Source of the DNA: a virus
Lineage: Duplodnaviria > Heunggongvirae > Uroviricota > Caudoviricetes
Virus record (IMG/VR): IMGVR_UViG_3300012663_000706
Reading direction: 5' to 3' (one strand)
Length of the DNA stretch: 64,000 nt
The position numbers and the translations under genes are program-made. Positions 17,948 through 28,802 of this stretch are shown piece by piece. The notes under the pieces are model-generated. The model ran no database searches and was not told the origin of the DNA. It saw only the letters and a list, made by a program, of their open reading frames with translations. The first letter of the stretch is position 1, and each line of letters starts with the position of its first letter.

Positions 17948-20542
17948 TTAGCTAAAGTTTCCAGTAGAGATTTCGCCAGTGTTTAATACTGTAGTTCTGT
18001 GAACAACGATTTCTAATCCTTTTACTGGTTCAACAAAAGTATCTAGGATACCGATGTTGTTATCAATAACTTCGTTTGTATTATTTGTTTGGTCGATAAC
18101 GTTTTTAAAGTCATAAACTCCTTGATCAGCTTTAACTGATTCCATGAAGGCGTCTGCTAAAGTTTTAATTTCAAGTCTTGTTTGTGCTGTATTAAATTCG
18201 AATACGTAACCTTTAAGAATGTTCGCCATTCCTTCTTGGATGTAAATCAATACTTCTCTTACGTGAGCAGATGAAAGTGCAGATTTAACTGATTGTTGAC
18301 CAGTTTTGTTTCCAAGAACTGTTAAACCAACTCCTCTTTGGAAAACGATTGGGTTAATACCGAATGGTTCAAGAACATCTCTGTCCGTTTTATCAAATGC
18401 GTATTCAACTCCAACAACTCCAGTTCCAGAGATAACTCCTCTTCTAGATCCAGCAACGATTGACCAAGGTAAAGCAGTTGAGTATTTATCAATGTAATTG
18501 TTAGATACGTAAGCTGCTGGTGGTACAACGATGTCTTTACCATTTTCTCTGATTGTTAAACCAGGTCCGTAGTAGAATGCATAATTTGCTCCATCATTAA
18601 TAGAAGGTAATGTATAGAATGCAGTAGGATTCTTATCTAAGTTTCCTCCGTCTTTTAAGTAAATTGTATCAAATGCTCCATTCTCGTCTGTGAAAGATGG
18701 ATTAGTTGATTTTTTGAAATCAGCTACAGTTGGCGCGTTTAAGATAGCAGATACATTTTGTCTTTGGTGTGCTAAGAAAGAAAGTTCTTTCTTGTTTTGT
18801 AAACCTTCAACAGTATCATATGAACCGAATGTATCGACAACGTATCTGTAAAGAATTAAATCTTTGTCAGCTAAAGCATTGAATAAGTTAGTTCCACTTA
18901 ATGCAGTAAGAGCGTTTGTGATTGATTTATCTCCAATTGTTGCTTTACCTAAAATAAATGGTTTGTAAACGCTAGTAGCTTCTTCGAAAGAAACAACATA
19001 TTGTCCGCCCCAAGTGTTTGATAGGTTAGCATCGGTTGTAATTGTTACTACTGTGTTTGAACCAACAACCGCTTTAGATACTGATTTAATTTTAGCAAGT
19101 CTTCCAGCTATTGCAGAAGGAACATATTGTCCTTTCTTAAGAGTTACAGTAGAAATTGCTGCTGCATAAGTGATGGTGAAAATACCAGCTCCTAAGTTTG
19201 CATAAGTTCCAGATACTGTACCGTTTCCAGCAAGATTAGTTTCACTTAAATTGTAATTAACAACTCTAGAGTTTGTGATTGCATATTTTTTAAATGAAGC
19301 AACTCCGGTTAATGTAGATGAAATAGCTCCATCGCAAGTAACAACTGTTACGTCGTTAGTTGATGTTCCATTTCCAGGTGTAACTACTACTCCAGTTACT
19401 TCAACATATTCTCCAACTGTTGCAGCCTTTAAGAAAGCTCCAACTGCGATTTGTGATGAAATATTTTGAGGTGCTGTTAATGTAGAACCAGAAACTACAG
19501 TTTCGTTAGCTCCAGCTAATGTTAATGCAGGATTTAAAACTACGTTTACTCCAGCTGAAGGATTTAATGTTTGATCGATAATGTATGAAAGTACTTCATA
19601 ATTTTGATCTTTGTCAAATGTGTGTCCAACTAAATCAACGTTAGTTCCAGTTTCTTCTTGTACGTTGTTTTCATCGATTGCGCAGAATAAACCAGTTCTT
19701 CTAGCTTCTGAGTTAATCATTGTTTCAACATAAAGGTTTCTTCCTTCCAAATCTTTAAAGTTAGGAATTAATGAACCTGTGTAAGAAGCAATTAAAGATA
19801 CTTGTCTTAGGTTAGAAAACGCATCTAATTGAGTTTTAATTAAACCTTGAGCTGTAAAGTAATCTTTGTAAACTGGATCAGTTACTAAAGTAGCTGGATC
19901 GAATTCTCCTTTGAAAACAAAAACGTCTACCATAAAATCTGATAGGTAATCTTTGTCGTTTAAGAATGCAGGTACATTACCTTCACCATACCATTCTCTA
20001 GCAGTAACATCGAATGATGCAACATCTTGAGCTTTTCTTACGATAACGGTAATTGGCTCTTGTTTAATGTTAATTAAATTTAATAATCTGTTGTTGTCAG
20101 TACCAATAGTATCGATTACTGCTTCGTCTGATGGAAACCAGAATTTATCAGTGTTAAAGAATTTTGTGTACTCATCAGTTCCTGAATCAGAAACTGCAGT
20201 TACGCTAGAACCATTCGTAGATGGTGAAGCGAAGTTAATAGTGTCTCCAGCGTCAAATGATGCTAGATTTAATGCTAAGATAGGACCTCTTGTAAGAGTA
20301 GTAAGCGCTGATCTATGGAAGAACATACCCTTTTTCTCTAGATTTCTATCAATACCTCCGAAGATTGTATTAAAATCTTCAACAGTTTGAATAAAAACAG
20401 GAGTATTGTATGGACCTTTTTTAGAGTGACCAACTACCAATCTGATAGTCTCTGTAGCAAAGTTAGTAGTTTGTGATTTATCGAATTCTAAACGATAAAC
20501 ACCTGAACTCTTGAATTGCAATAATTGAGGACTTAATGCCAT
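17948..20542 (-). CDS. tail sheath protein (gp18-like, 864 aa)
   Basis: Large protein between the terminase and tube genes, matching the T4 order 17-18-19. An ATATATAC motif lies 28 nt upstream. Confidence 0.6.
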   Translation of the reverse strand: MALSPQLLQFKSSGVYRLEFDKSQTTNFATETIRLVVGHSKKGPYNTPVFIQTVEDFNTIFGGIDRNLEKKGMFFHRSALTTLTRGPILALNLASFDAGDTINFASPSTNGSSVTAVSDSGTDEYTKFFNTDKFWFPSDEAVIDTIGTDNNRLLNLINIKQEPITVIVRKAQDVASFDVTAREWYGEGNVPAFLNDKDYLSDFMVDVFVFKGEFDPATLVTDPVYKDYFTAQGLIKTQLDAFSNLRQVSLIASYTGSLIPNFKDLEGRNLYVETMINSEARRTGLFCAIDENNVQEETGTNVDLVGHTFDKDQNYEVLSYIIDQTLNPSAGVNVVLNPALTLAGANETVVSGSTLTAPQNISSQIAVGAFLKAATVGEYVEVTGVVVTPGNGTSTNDVTVVTCDGAISSTLTGVASFKKYAITNSRVVNYNLSETNLAGNGTVSGTYANLGAGIFTITYAAAISTVTLKKGQYVPSAIAGRLAKIKSVSKAVVGSNTVVTITTDANLSNTWGGQYVVSFEEATSVYKPFILGKATIGDKSITNALTALSGTNLFNALADKDLILYRYVVDTFGSYDTVEGLQNKKELSFLAHQRQNVSAILNAPTVADFKKSTNPSFTDENGAFDTIYLKDGGNLDKNPTAFYTLPSINDGANYAFYYGPGLTIRENGKDIVVPPAAYVSNNYIDKYSTALPWSIVAGSRRGVISGTGVVGVEYAFDKTDRDVLEPFGINPIVFQRGVGLTVLGNKTGQQSVKSALSSAHVREVLIYIQEGMANILKGYVFEFNTAQTRLEIKTLADAFMESVKADQGVYDFKNVIDQTNNTNEVIDNNIGILDTFVEPVKGLEIVVHRTTVLNTGEISTGNFS

Positions 20543-20597
20543 GTTATTTTAATGTTTTTTTCTTTATGTATATATCTGCTTCTATTTCTGATTTTAT

Positions 20598-22418
20598 CTA
20601 ACTAAGTAAATCATAGATGTCAAATTGAAGGTCTCCAGAAGAATCGTTGTCTTTATACAACACTTCTTCCATATAATCGTGAAGTCCCTCGTCAATAATA
20701 TCTAACATTTCCTCGACAAAGTCAGCATAGTCTGTAGTTCCAAAAAATTCAGTGGCGATAATGGATGACATAATTAAATCGTCGTGTCCCATTTGCGCCG
20801 AGTAGTTTCCACTCTTGTTAACTCCAAATAATGAGGCTTCATTCACAGTTTCTACTTCATTAATATTTATCCTATTCTCTTCAACTAATTTTTTAAAATT
20901 TTGGCAAAACACCGCTTTATTATCAGCTCGTAATCTTAATCCTGGTTTTACTCCTTTCGAATCGTGACGGTGTTTAAAACGAAGAATCATATCCTCATCG
21001 AAATCATTTCGTTGTGGAAATACAGTTTGTAAATATTTTAATAAGATCGTACCGTATGTATTATATTCTATTAACATTTTAACGTTCTCTGAATTAAAAA
21101 CATCGACTGCTAATGTATATAATACTTTGGCAAAATCCTCGATAGGGTGCTCGTTACTCTTAAATACAGCGACTTGATTCAATTTAAAGAAATCATACAT
21201 CGCTCCAGGATTTGGAGTATCTTCTACTTCTTTTCTAGATTTTGCAGTAATTTCAAAAATATTAACTACTGAATAGTCTCCTCCTGATCCTTCTGCTATA
21301 TCAACTGTAAATAACCAGTATCTGCCTTCTTCGTTTGCTGTCTCAACGTCAAATTTAGGATTAAATCCTAAGAATCCATTAACGTCGATATGTATATTTT
21401 CAAACTCTTCTAAGTCTTCGTATTTAAATTTGCTAGCATGTTTTCTTAATTTACCAAGAGATCCTGGTGAAAGTAGAAGAGAAGATGAACTAATAAATTC
21501 ATTACCATACTGTCGGTTAAACGCCTCTTCTGAACCTAAGTTTCCTAATTCTCTTTGGTACCATGCATCATCTCTTTCCGGATGTTGCCACCAGTCGATT
21601 CGCATTGGAGTGTAAGCATTCTTACCATCAACTGCGGCTGCCCAAATTTCATAGAATTTATTAAATCCGTTTGGTGTTGAGGTTATATTAATCCTAGAAA
21701 TATTCGAGGATGATAGTGTAGGATAAACGTTTTCGTAAAATACATCTACGATATTTGGATGGATATGCGCAAACTCATCTAAGTATAAATTATGAATGGT
21801 AAAACCAATACCGGCTTTTGCAGTTGTTGATTGTCCTACTAAACGACAACCATTATCACAACGAACGTTCATTACGTCGTATTTGATAATTCCCGGTTTC
21901 ATAAAGAAAGGTAAATGCTCTAATACAACTTTTGCCTTGTCGATAATTTCTTTGGTTGTTTCTCCTTTATTCGCTAAAAGTAGAGTATTCTTATCAACAT
22001 TAAAACAAATAAACCACGCGTTAAAAATTGACGCTGTTACGGTTTTACCCATTTGTCGAGAAGCCAGTACGATATTAAATCTATTGTGTTGGAAATTTCT
22101 CAACATTTCCTTTTGGTATTCGCGAAGTTTTACTCTACGAACTCCCTCATCGGTCATTACAACCGCATATTTCTCTGCAAAATAAACTATATCATTCGCA
22201 CATTTTGCAATTTCTACTATCTCGTCATCAGTGTACTCAAATACAACATTACCTTTTTTAAGATGTTGTTTTCCTTCATAAAAAGGCATGGCAACTGATG
22301 GGCGGTATCCCTTGTCTAAGGCTATGATTAAATCATTAATTGCCTTAGTTGACCATACGATCTTATTAGATATCGTTTCGTCAGCGTCTTTTGGGATCCA
22401 AATATTACTTTCACTCAT
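20598..22418 (-). CDS. terminase large subunit (gp17-like, 606 aa)
   Basis: Walker A LASRQMGKT matches T4 gp17 SRQLGKT. An ATPase domain and a C-terminal nuclease-like region are present. Confidence 0.8.
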   Translation of the reverse strand: MSESNIWIPKDADETISNKIVWSTKAINDLIIALDKGYRPSVAMPFYEGKQHLKKGNVVFEYTDDEIVEIAKCANDIVYFAEKYAVVMTDEGVRRVKLREYQKEMLRNFQHNRFNIVLASRQMGKTVTASIFNAWFICFNVDKNTLLLANKGETTKEIIDKAKVVLEHLPFFMKPGIIKYDVMNVRCDNGCRLVGQSTTAKAGIGFTIHNLYLDEFAHIHPNIVDVFYENVYPTLSSSNISRINITSTPNGFNKFYEIWAAAVDGKNAYTPMRIDWWQHPERDDAWYQRELGNLGSEEAFNRQYGNEFISSSSLLLSPGSLGKLRKHASKFKYEDLEEFENIHIDVNGFLGFNPKFDVETANEEGRYWLFTVDIAEGSGGDYSVVNIFEITAKSRKEVEDTPNPGAMYDFFKLNQVAVFKSNEHPIEDFAKVLYTLAVDVFNSENVKMLIEYNTYGTILLKYLQTVFPQRNDFDEDMILRFKHRHDSKGVKPGLRLRADNKAVFCQNFKKLVEENRININEVETVNEASLFGVNKSGNYSAQMGHDDLIMSSIIATEFFGTTDYADFVEEMLDIIDEGLHDYMEEVLYKDNDSSGDLQFDIYDLLS

Positions 22419-23085
22419 TCGGTTCTGGTTCTATTTCAACAATATCTGATTCGTCCACGTTTTGATTAAGACCCATTTGAATCATTCTCATTAAATCTTT
22501 CGAACCTCTGTGAATATTAGGATCTTTACTATCTCCTCCAGATTCTTCAATCTGTTCAGTATTTGTTTTCTTACGATATATTTCAATATCTCTGGCAATT
22601 CTCTTGTTGGACTCTTCAGTTGCCATCAAGTACATTGTCTGAGATTTAATAATATCTAACATTGATTTTTGTAGCGTGGCTAATACCTCGAACATCCTAG
22701 GAGACAATTCGCCATCTTCAATAGTTTCTAACAATAGTGTAAGTGCTCTTTCACCGGCATTAAGCTGATAAACAAGGGATGACATCGTCATCTCGTCCAT
22801 CTTCTTTTTTGCCATCACGTATTCGTCATTCTCAATAATATCTGCATCGAGATAGAATTTCATTAATGCCGTAATAGTTTTCTTGGCTTGAGCTTCGGCA
22901 CCAGTCTTTAAAGTTGCATAAGAAACTGCTGGTGTTTTTGCGACAAGAGACTTTGAAGGTAATATTGGGTCGGTTTCGACTAAATCTGTTAGAGATTCCT
23001 CATCGCCAATTAACCATTCTAATTCTTTACGAATATCTTCAGCCTGATCTCGGATCGGCCGATTTTTATCTTTTTCTTCTGACAT
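22411..23085 (-). CDS. hypothetical protein, possibly terminase small subunit by position (224 aa)
   Basis: Overlaps the terminase large-subunit start by 8 nt. No motif supports the call. Confidence 0.3.
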   Translation of the reverse strand: MSEEKDKNRPIRDQAEDIRKELEWLIGDEESLTDLVETDPILPSKSLVAKTPAVSYATLKTGAEAQAKKTITALMKFYLDADIIENDEYVMAKKKMDEMTMSSLVYQLNAGERALTLLLETIEDGELSPRMFEVLATLQKSMLDIIKSQTMYLMATEESNKRIARDIEIYRKKTNTEQIEESGGDSKDPNIHRGSKDLMRMIQMGLNQNVDESDIVEIEPEPNE

Positions 23086-23122
23086 AATATAATATTATTT
23101 ATAGACTATGTATCTAAATAAC

Positions 23123-25066
23123 TTAGGTATGGTTCCTGAACTTCTGGAATCCTAGAGATGGAAGGGCATTGTCTATAATAATTGCGAGTTGATTATCTCG
23201 AACAACATATTGGTTCAATACATTATTATGCTGTTCAGGTTCAACTGGGGTATTAAATAATCTAATATTTGTTAATTTGAGTTTTCCTCCTTTAAGTTGG
23301 TACATTGCGCTAGGTTCGTTCCAAGAAATATTAAGTACTTGATTTCTAGTTTCTGTAAATACTTGTTGTAAATCATTAGTTGCAGATTGAGGAAGTCCGA
23401 CGTTTGAAGTTGGGCTCAGTGCATATATTGATAATGATAATTGGTTGAATTCTGTATTAGCGTTTAATACCATTGCATACCATCTATCGCTTCCCATAAT
23501 AATATTATGATTAAATGTGTATGTGTTACTATTTACGTAGACTTTAACTGCCGTTCCAGAAATTGTAACTTTTAAACCTTTGTTAATAGTAGAAGTTCCA
23601 AACACCCAATACTCATTCGTTATTCCAAATCCAGCTTGTGGTGAAAACCAGCAAGTAAATGCAAAATTGTCATTTGATTTTACTGGAGCTGTATATTCAA
23701 CTGCTGGATAATTAGTAGTTACATTTGTTAAATCGTATGCGTTCTTTGAAACAACAGTCCATCTGTTTTTAATATCGACATCTTCAATTTTTAAATCGGT
23801 TGATAAAAAGTTTCTAATGCCATCTCTGTATGCAGTCGAAACTGTTTGATACTGCTCTGGTTTTAAATTCTTAATATATTCATCCTTGATTTCTGCTCCG
23901 AATATCTCATCAACATCAGTAACTAATGAATCTGTTAAACTTTCATAATTATTTTTAAGAACAGCAGTATCGTTTTGGTATTTAGTCAACATAATTTTCC
24001 AATATGTGATAGCCTCATTAAAACGATCTCCTAGGGCAACAGAATTAATAGTGTACATCTTATTAATAATAGGGATGAACATATAATCATGATTTCTAGG
24101 TCTAGTGCCTTGTCCAAATACTCTTTGGAATTCTTGTTGAGTGATATGAATTTCAAAATCTTCAAACTCCATACCAAACATATCATAGTTCACAGTTGAT
24201 TCTTGTGGGAATTCATTATCTGGAACTAAGATTTTTACGATATCTTGGTCAACTACATTATGTAGAGAATACTCCATTAAGATAACATCTTTAGTTCGAA
24301 CATCTGGTTCAGTTCTAAAATATGTTACTTCATGTCCAAAGATATTCTTAACGATATTTGCTAGTTGAATATAAGTCTGTTGCGATCTAAATTGTTTATA
24401 AGGCTGAAATAGTGAAGGAGTATCGCATACCATTTCGATTGTTGCACATCCAGTATAAGCGAATGGATCAGTGCATGTTACACAGAAATTAGGGCATGAT
24501 TCGATAATTCCGCTTACTGTTTCTACAGTGAGTGTCGTTGAAATAAAAGTTATTGTACTTCCTGGTATAATTGCAGAAACTTCTGCTCCAAAATCAAATA
24601 ATACATTAGCGCCTGAATTCCATAGAAAAGATTTAATATCTCCTGGTACAGTTCCATTATTTAATGGCGAAAATTCACTAAAGATTTTACCACCGTCTGT
24701 TGAAAGTCTAAATGTATATTCAAATTGATTATTAGAATCAGTAGGTCGATAGAAAGTAACTCCACTTCCTGAAAAATTAACAGGTGCTGTTAATACTAGA
24801 GAAGTACTATTGACAACAGAAGCTATTGTTAAAACTTTATTACCTACGATTATTTTATCCGTGTTTAAAAATAAACGATTAAAATCAGTTCCAACTCCTG
24901 TTACAACGGTTGAACCACTAACAAAACTTACTGTACCGGCTGTCGAAATATCGGTTACACCAGCAAGTACTTCCCAGCTCAAAACTTTTTTAAGATTGAG
25001 GTATGGTGTTTTTATAGATGCTATTAGAAAATCGCCAAATGCAGTGGCTGTACTACCTGTTACCAT
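23123..25066 (-). CDS. putative virion structural protein (647 aa)
   Basis: Large Ser/Thr/Val-rich beta-type protein with an ATATATAA motif 27 nt upstream. Confidence 0.35.
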   Translation of the reverse strand: MVTGSTATAFGDFLIASIKTPYLNLKKVLSWEVLAGVTDISTAGTVSFVSGSTVVTGVGTDFNRLFLNTDKIIVGNKVLTIASVVNSTSLVLTAPVNFSGSGVTFYRPTDSNNQFEYTFRLSTDGGKIFSEFSPLNNGTVPGDIKSFLWNSGANVLFDFGAEVSAIIPGSTITFISTTLTVETVSGIIESCPNFCVTCTDPFAYTGCATIEMVCDTPSLFQPYKQFRSQQTYIQLANIVKNIFGHEVTYFRTEPDVRTKDVILMEYSLHNVVDQDIVKILVPDNEFPQESTVNYDMFGMEFEDFEIHITQQEFQRVFGQGTRPRNHDYMFIPIINKMYTINSVALGDRFNEAITYWKIMLTKYQNDTAVLKNNYESLTDSLVTDVDEIFGAEIKDEYIKNLKPEQYQTVSTAYRDGIRNFLSTDLKIEDVDIKNRWTVVSKNAYDLTNVTTNYPAVEYTAPVKSNDNFAFTCWFSPQAGFGITNEYWVFGTSTINKGLKVTISGTAVKVYVNSNTYTFNHNIIMGSDRWYAMVLNANTEFNQLSLSIYALSPTSNVGLPQSATNDLQQVFTETRNQVLNISWNEPSAMYQLKGGKLKLTNIRLFNTPVEPEQHNNVLNQYVVRDNQLAIIIDNALPSLGFQKFRNHT

Positions 25067-25096
25067 TTATTGTAAGATACTTTTCTTTATATATTC

Positions 25097-25777
25097 TCAG
25101 TAATCGGTGACCAGTAGAACTTCAGGATTATCTCCTGCAATTTTAGGGTCTCCCATCATGTCGAGCATAATAGAAATTGTATCAATTACATCTAATTCGT
25201 TATCTCCTAAATCTCTAATGGTTCCTTTATCGGCTTTGGTAATCCATTCGTCTAGTCGATCTAATAGGTCATTAAGTTTTAATCTTCGGTATGGAATTCC
25301 TTCCTCTAGAATTTTCTGAGCGTGTAGAACTTTATTAAAAATAACTATCTCATCTTCATCGAAAACCTCAAAAGTCTTTACGGTCATGTGAAGAATTTTA
25401 TACCCAAATTTAATTGTCTGTAATCCGGCTGGATCTGTAACTATTCTAGAGTAACTTGAATTTTTATTTAATGATAATTTTATCCATCTCAAATGTTTCA
25501 TTTCTTTGAGCATGTTAATGATAAAAAAGATAGAATTAACTTCCTTGTGCAGAACTTCAGAACCTACTGAATTAAATAAATTAATTTCGTTTAGGAACTG
25601 GCTGTACATGTAATTCTCTAGCTGATCTTTGGTAACTATTAGTGAAGAATCATTTGGCTTTAAGTATTCTACACTATTTTTAATACCCATCCACACCTTG
25701 TTATCGTTGTAGTTATATTTGTACAATACAATATCAACGACGTCTGTCGTGTCATATAGCGAGAAGTTATCCTTCAT
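25097..25777 (-). CDS. hypothetical protein (226 aa)
   Basis: ORF only. Confidence 0.4.
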   Translation of the reverse strand: MKDNFSLYDTTDVVDIVLYKYNYNDNKVWMGIKNSVEYLKPNDSSLIVTKDQLENYMYSQFLNEINLFNSVGSEVLHKEVNSIFFIINMLKEMKHLRWIKLSLNKNSSYSRIVTDPAGLQTIKFGYKILHMTVKTFEVFDEDEIVIFNKVLHAQKILEEGIPYRRLKLNDLLDRLDEWITKADKGTIRDLGDNELDVIDTISIMLDMMGDPKIAGDNPEVLLVTDY

Positions 25778-26205
25778 TAGTAAACTTTTATATTTTCATC
25801 GAGTATTTTTAACTCAGCTAAAGTTTCTTTCTTAAAAAACTTCATAACTTCGCCAAATTCTCTTTTGCCAATTTCATTCTTTTTAAGATAAAAGTCGATT
25901 GCTTCTTGACTAGGTATGTATTCTTTTTTATCAGCTTTGTCTACTTCAGCCTTTTTGGTTTTTGTATAAAACCAAGCTGGAACTGATGTGAATCTTTGAG
26001 CAACCATACCCCAGCTTTCGACAACGGCATAACCATTGATTCCATTAATGTTAAAAGCCTGCGCATTGCCAGGAAACTTAATTGAAAAGAAGCGATTAAT
26101 CATGAAATGATGGCGCTTCTTGGTATGGTCTTTAATATCTTTAAAGTCTTTTGGCTTTGTAAACATAATTTTTACAAAGTCAAATAATTTAGTTTCGTCT
26201 AGCAT
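25777..26205 (-). CDS. hypothetical protein (142 aa)
   Basis: Its start overlaps the stop of the upstream gene (ATGA overlap). Confidence 0.4.
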   Translation of the reverse strand: MLDETKLFDFVKIMFTKPKDFKDIKDHTKKRHHFMINRFFSIKFPGNAQAFNINGINGYAVVESWGMVAQRFTSVPAWFYTKTKKAEVDKADKKEYIPSQEAIDFYLKKNEIGKREFGEVMKFFKKETLAELKILDENIKVY

Positions 26206-26331
26206 AATTTTGTTTTAATTAATCCATCCACTTGCCATGTTTGCGCAAATGCCAGAATCTATGTTTTAATACTGTAATGATGATACCAAACAATGTATCT
26301 GCTTCATATACTCCTTCTTTTACTATTAGTT

Positions 26332-26484
26332 TCATTTTACCCAATCATTATATGCGTTTGTGTATGCTTGTTCTATTGAAAGACTTGGATCTTGAGCGAT
26401 ATAGCTTTCAGCGAAAACTTTTACTTCCCACTCAAGACCCCATTCTTTTGCTTCTTGTAAGATTTCTTCTACGATTTCTGGCAT
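26332..26484 (-). CDS. small acidic protein (50 aa; MPEIVEEILQEAKEWGLEWEVKVFAESYIAQDPSLSIEQAYTNAYNDWVK)
   Basis: Its ATG overlaps the TAA of the RNase H-like gene (TAATG overlap). It fills an otherwise empty 278-nt gap and is too short for the ORF track. Confidence 0.45.
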   Translation of the reverse strand: MPEIVEEILQEAKEWGLEWEVKVFAESYIAQDPSLSIEQAYTNAYNDWVK

Positions 26485-27707
26485 TAAAATAAATTGTTTA
26501 TAATTGTAGAAGTATTGTTGCTTTTTGTTTCACTTTCATCTAATCCAGCAAAGGCATCAAAATCAACTGGCGTTGAATTGGCAATTTTTAACCAACTAGA
26601 GCCTTCAAGAATCTTTTCCATTTGAGATAGATTCATAATCATTGGCTCGAGATTTTTATCACGTTCAATTACTTTGGTAATTTCTTGTTGAATAGGTTCT
26701 GGTATTGTATTGTAGTGAAGCAGCATCAAGTCTAGATTTTGATTAAATCTATTCAATATGCTTGTTTGAGTGTCATGACCAACAATGCGGTAAATCAGGT
26801 TGACAATCTTATCAACTTGTGTTTTGTTAAACATATGATCGATAACAAATTCGCCTTCTTCTTTAATGTATTGTTCTAAGATACCTTGTGCCTGCTTATC
26901 AGTGATTGAGAATGTTCGCATTTTACCGGTTTTCATAGCCTTCTGGTAAGTAACAACTGATTTGATATTATCAGATTTATCTCCCATTAGAATCTTTTGG
27001 AAAACGAAACGATCACAATTCATTTCTTCGATTTCAATTGAATTCTTTTTAATCCATTCGACCATTTCGCCTTTAACTCTGTCGGTTTCATGAGATGGAG
27101 AATCCATATTGAATAACAAGTCTTCATCGGATATTTCGATAGAATTATCGCTATTGACAACTTCATTGAATCCTTCGAATGCAATTAGTTTTCTTTTAGT
27201 GTTATAATACCATAATGAATATCCATCAGTTGCTTTTGAATAATCAACTAATTGAATCATGTCACGATCACCAGTCCAGATAATGCAATTTTTACCTTGA
27301 GTATTTAAGTAGGTTGACCATGCAAATAGAATATCATCGGCTTCTGCGCCTTTGACTTGGTTTACGATAACACCTTTTTTAGCAAGAATATTTCTGAACT
27401 CTTCATATACTTCATAAACAGCAGTCCAATCGACTGAACTATCTTGAGTTCTGGTACCTTTGTACTGAGCTTCTGGAAATAAGTCTTTACGCCATGATTT
27501 TGAATCGACGGCAAATACAATTTGATTTACAAATGGAGCCATTTTTCTGACTTCAGATGCAAAATCTATTGAGAGTTTTCTTATAAATTGACCTTTGCTA
27601 TTGTCATCGCCAAGTAATGCACCTGATTTTGGTCTTGGAAGGACGAATAGCCTGCTGTGTATAAAATAGTTTCCATCTATTAGCAGTGTGTGATTACCTA
27701 GTTTCAT
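26484..27707 (-). CDS. 5'-3' exonuclease / flap endonuclease (T4 RNase H-like, 407 aa)
   Basis: The N-terminal LLIDGNYFIHSRLF matches the PIN/FEN 5'-nuclease start (compare LLLVDGSSLAFRA of the Pol I 5'-exonuclease), with downstream acidic clusters. Confidence 0.6.
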   Translation of the reverse strand: MKLGNHTLLIDGNYFIHSRLFVLPRPKSGALLGDDNSKGQFIRKLSIDFASEVRKMAPFVNQIVFAVDSKSWRKDLFPEAQYKGTRTQDSSVDWTAVYEVYEEFRNILAKKGVIVNQVKGAEADDILFAWSTYLNTQGKNCIIWTGDRDMIQLVDYSKATDGYSLWYYNTKRKLIAFEGFNEVVNSDNSIEISDEDLLFNMDSPSHETDRVKGEMVEWIKKNSIEIEEMNCDRFVFQKILMGDKSDNIKSVVTYQKAMKTGKMRTFSITDKQAQGILEQYIKEEGEFVIDHMFNKTQVDKIVNLIYRIVGHDTQTSILNRFNQNLDLMLLHYNTIPEPIQQEITKVIERDKNLEPMIMNLSQMEKILEGSSWLKIANSTPVDFDAFAGLDESETKSNNTSTIINNLF

Positions 27708-27723
27708 ATTTTTTATCTTTTAT

Positions 27724-27767
27724 TATATGTAAATATAAACAATTTTCTTGACATAAAAAAATATTTA
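27724..27767. repeat. 44-bp repeat TATATGTAAATATAAACAATTTTCTTGACATAAAAAAATATTTA, identical to the copy at 58487..58530
   Basis: Exact 44-bp identity between two distant intergenic regions. Related copies lie at 7671..7688 and 11181..11217. It contains TTGACA and lies upstream of minus-strand gene starts. Confidence 0.7.
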
Positions 27768-27778
27768 TACAATTATTT

Positions 27779-28729
27779 TTACGATCTAACGACCGTTTGT
27801 AGTTTGTACACGCAGCTTAGCATTGTTATGATTGGATCGATAACATGTACTCTTTGTGCTTGGTGTTCGGCAACAGCAATTGCTATTTGCGGGATATGTT
27901 TGATTGAATTTGGCTTCTCGGCTTGGATATACTCGATGAAATCATTTCCTAGAGATTGTAAAACATCGTCAACTCGGTTTGAATAATCACTGACTAATTG
28001 TTTGTAATTCTTGGCAGGATCTGTTTCATTGAAAATCAATTCGAATACATCTTTATAGACTGAGTTAAATTTCTTAACGTCATCGATTGAAATATTCTGC
28101 GTGCCTTGAGTTTTATATCCTTGCAATTTATTAAGAGTGCTTCTTAAATCTGGAAAATTACGTTTAACAAATTCAACCAAGGCTGGCTTATCAATTGTCA
28201 TGCCTTCCTTTCCGCAAATATCATAAACTCTCTTAATGTACTTCTTAGTCAATTCAGTTTCTTCTGCTTTGTCAAAGTCAAAGTTAATAACTTCGAAACG
28301 AGAAAGGATTGGATCTGGAATTTTATTAACATAATTACATGTTGCAATAAAACGAGAGTTGCTAGCAAATTGCTCCATGGTAGCACGTAAGGCTTTAAAG
28401 AACTGATCTGATACACCATCAACCTCATCTAATATAACTACTTTGAATTTTCCTTGGTCATCTAGAATTGACATCGTTGAACAGAAATCAGTAATTCTGG
28501 TTCTAATAACTTCTACCGAAGTATCAGTCGACGCATTAATGTAAATGTAGGGTAGACCGAATTGGTTAACAATTGCCTTAGCAGTTGAAGTTTTTCCAGT
28601 TCCTGGACTTCCGGCTAGTAACATGTTCTGTGTTATGCCATCCTTAAATTTAGACATTACTCTGTCTGGTAGGATTAATTCCGATAAGTTTTTCGGACGA
28701 TATTTCTCTGTAAAAAGGGAGTGAACCAT
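27779..28729 (-). CDS. clamp loader large subunit (gp44/RFC-like AAA+, 316 aa)
   Basis: Walker A LLAGSPGTGKTSTAKAI, Walker B VVILDEVD and an SRF arginine-finger-like motif. The size matches T4 gp44. Confidence 0.8.
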   Translation of the reverse strand: MVHSLFTEKYRPKNLSELILPDRVMSKFKDGITQNMLLAGSPGTGKTSTAKAIVNQFGLPYIYINASTDTSVEVIRTRITDFCSTMSILDDQGKFKVVILDEVDGVSDQFFKALRATMEQFASNSRFIATCNYVNKIPDPILSRFEVINFDFDKAEETELTKKYIKRVYDICGKEGMTIDKPALVEFVKRNFPDLRSTLNKLQGYKTQGTQNISIDDVKKFNSVYKDVFELIFNETDPAKNYKQLVSDYSNRVDDVLQSLGNDFIEYIQAEKPNSIKHIPQIAIAVAEHQAQRVHVIDPIITMLSCVYKLQTVVRS

Positions 28730-28802
28730 AGATTTATTTTTGACAATTTATTTCTATTGTTATATTCCAGAACTAAGTTTAGTTTCAAAAATAAATAGTT
28801 AT

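Noticed and set aside
26206-26331. GGAGG-like Shine-Dalgarno sequence followed by a 13-codon ORF on the minus strand
   Set aside because: It is the only strong SD-like sequence seen. Other genes in this genome lack SDs, the ORF is tiny, and the match is probably chance.
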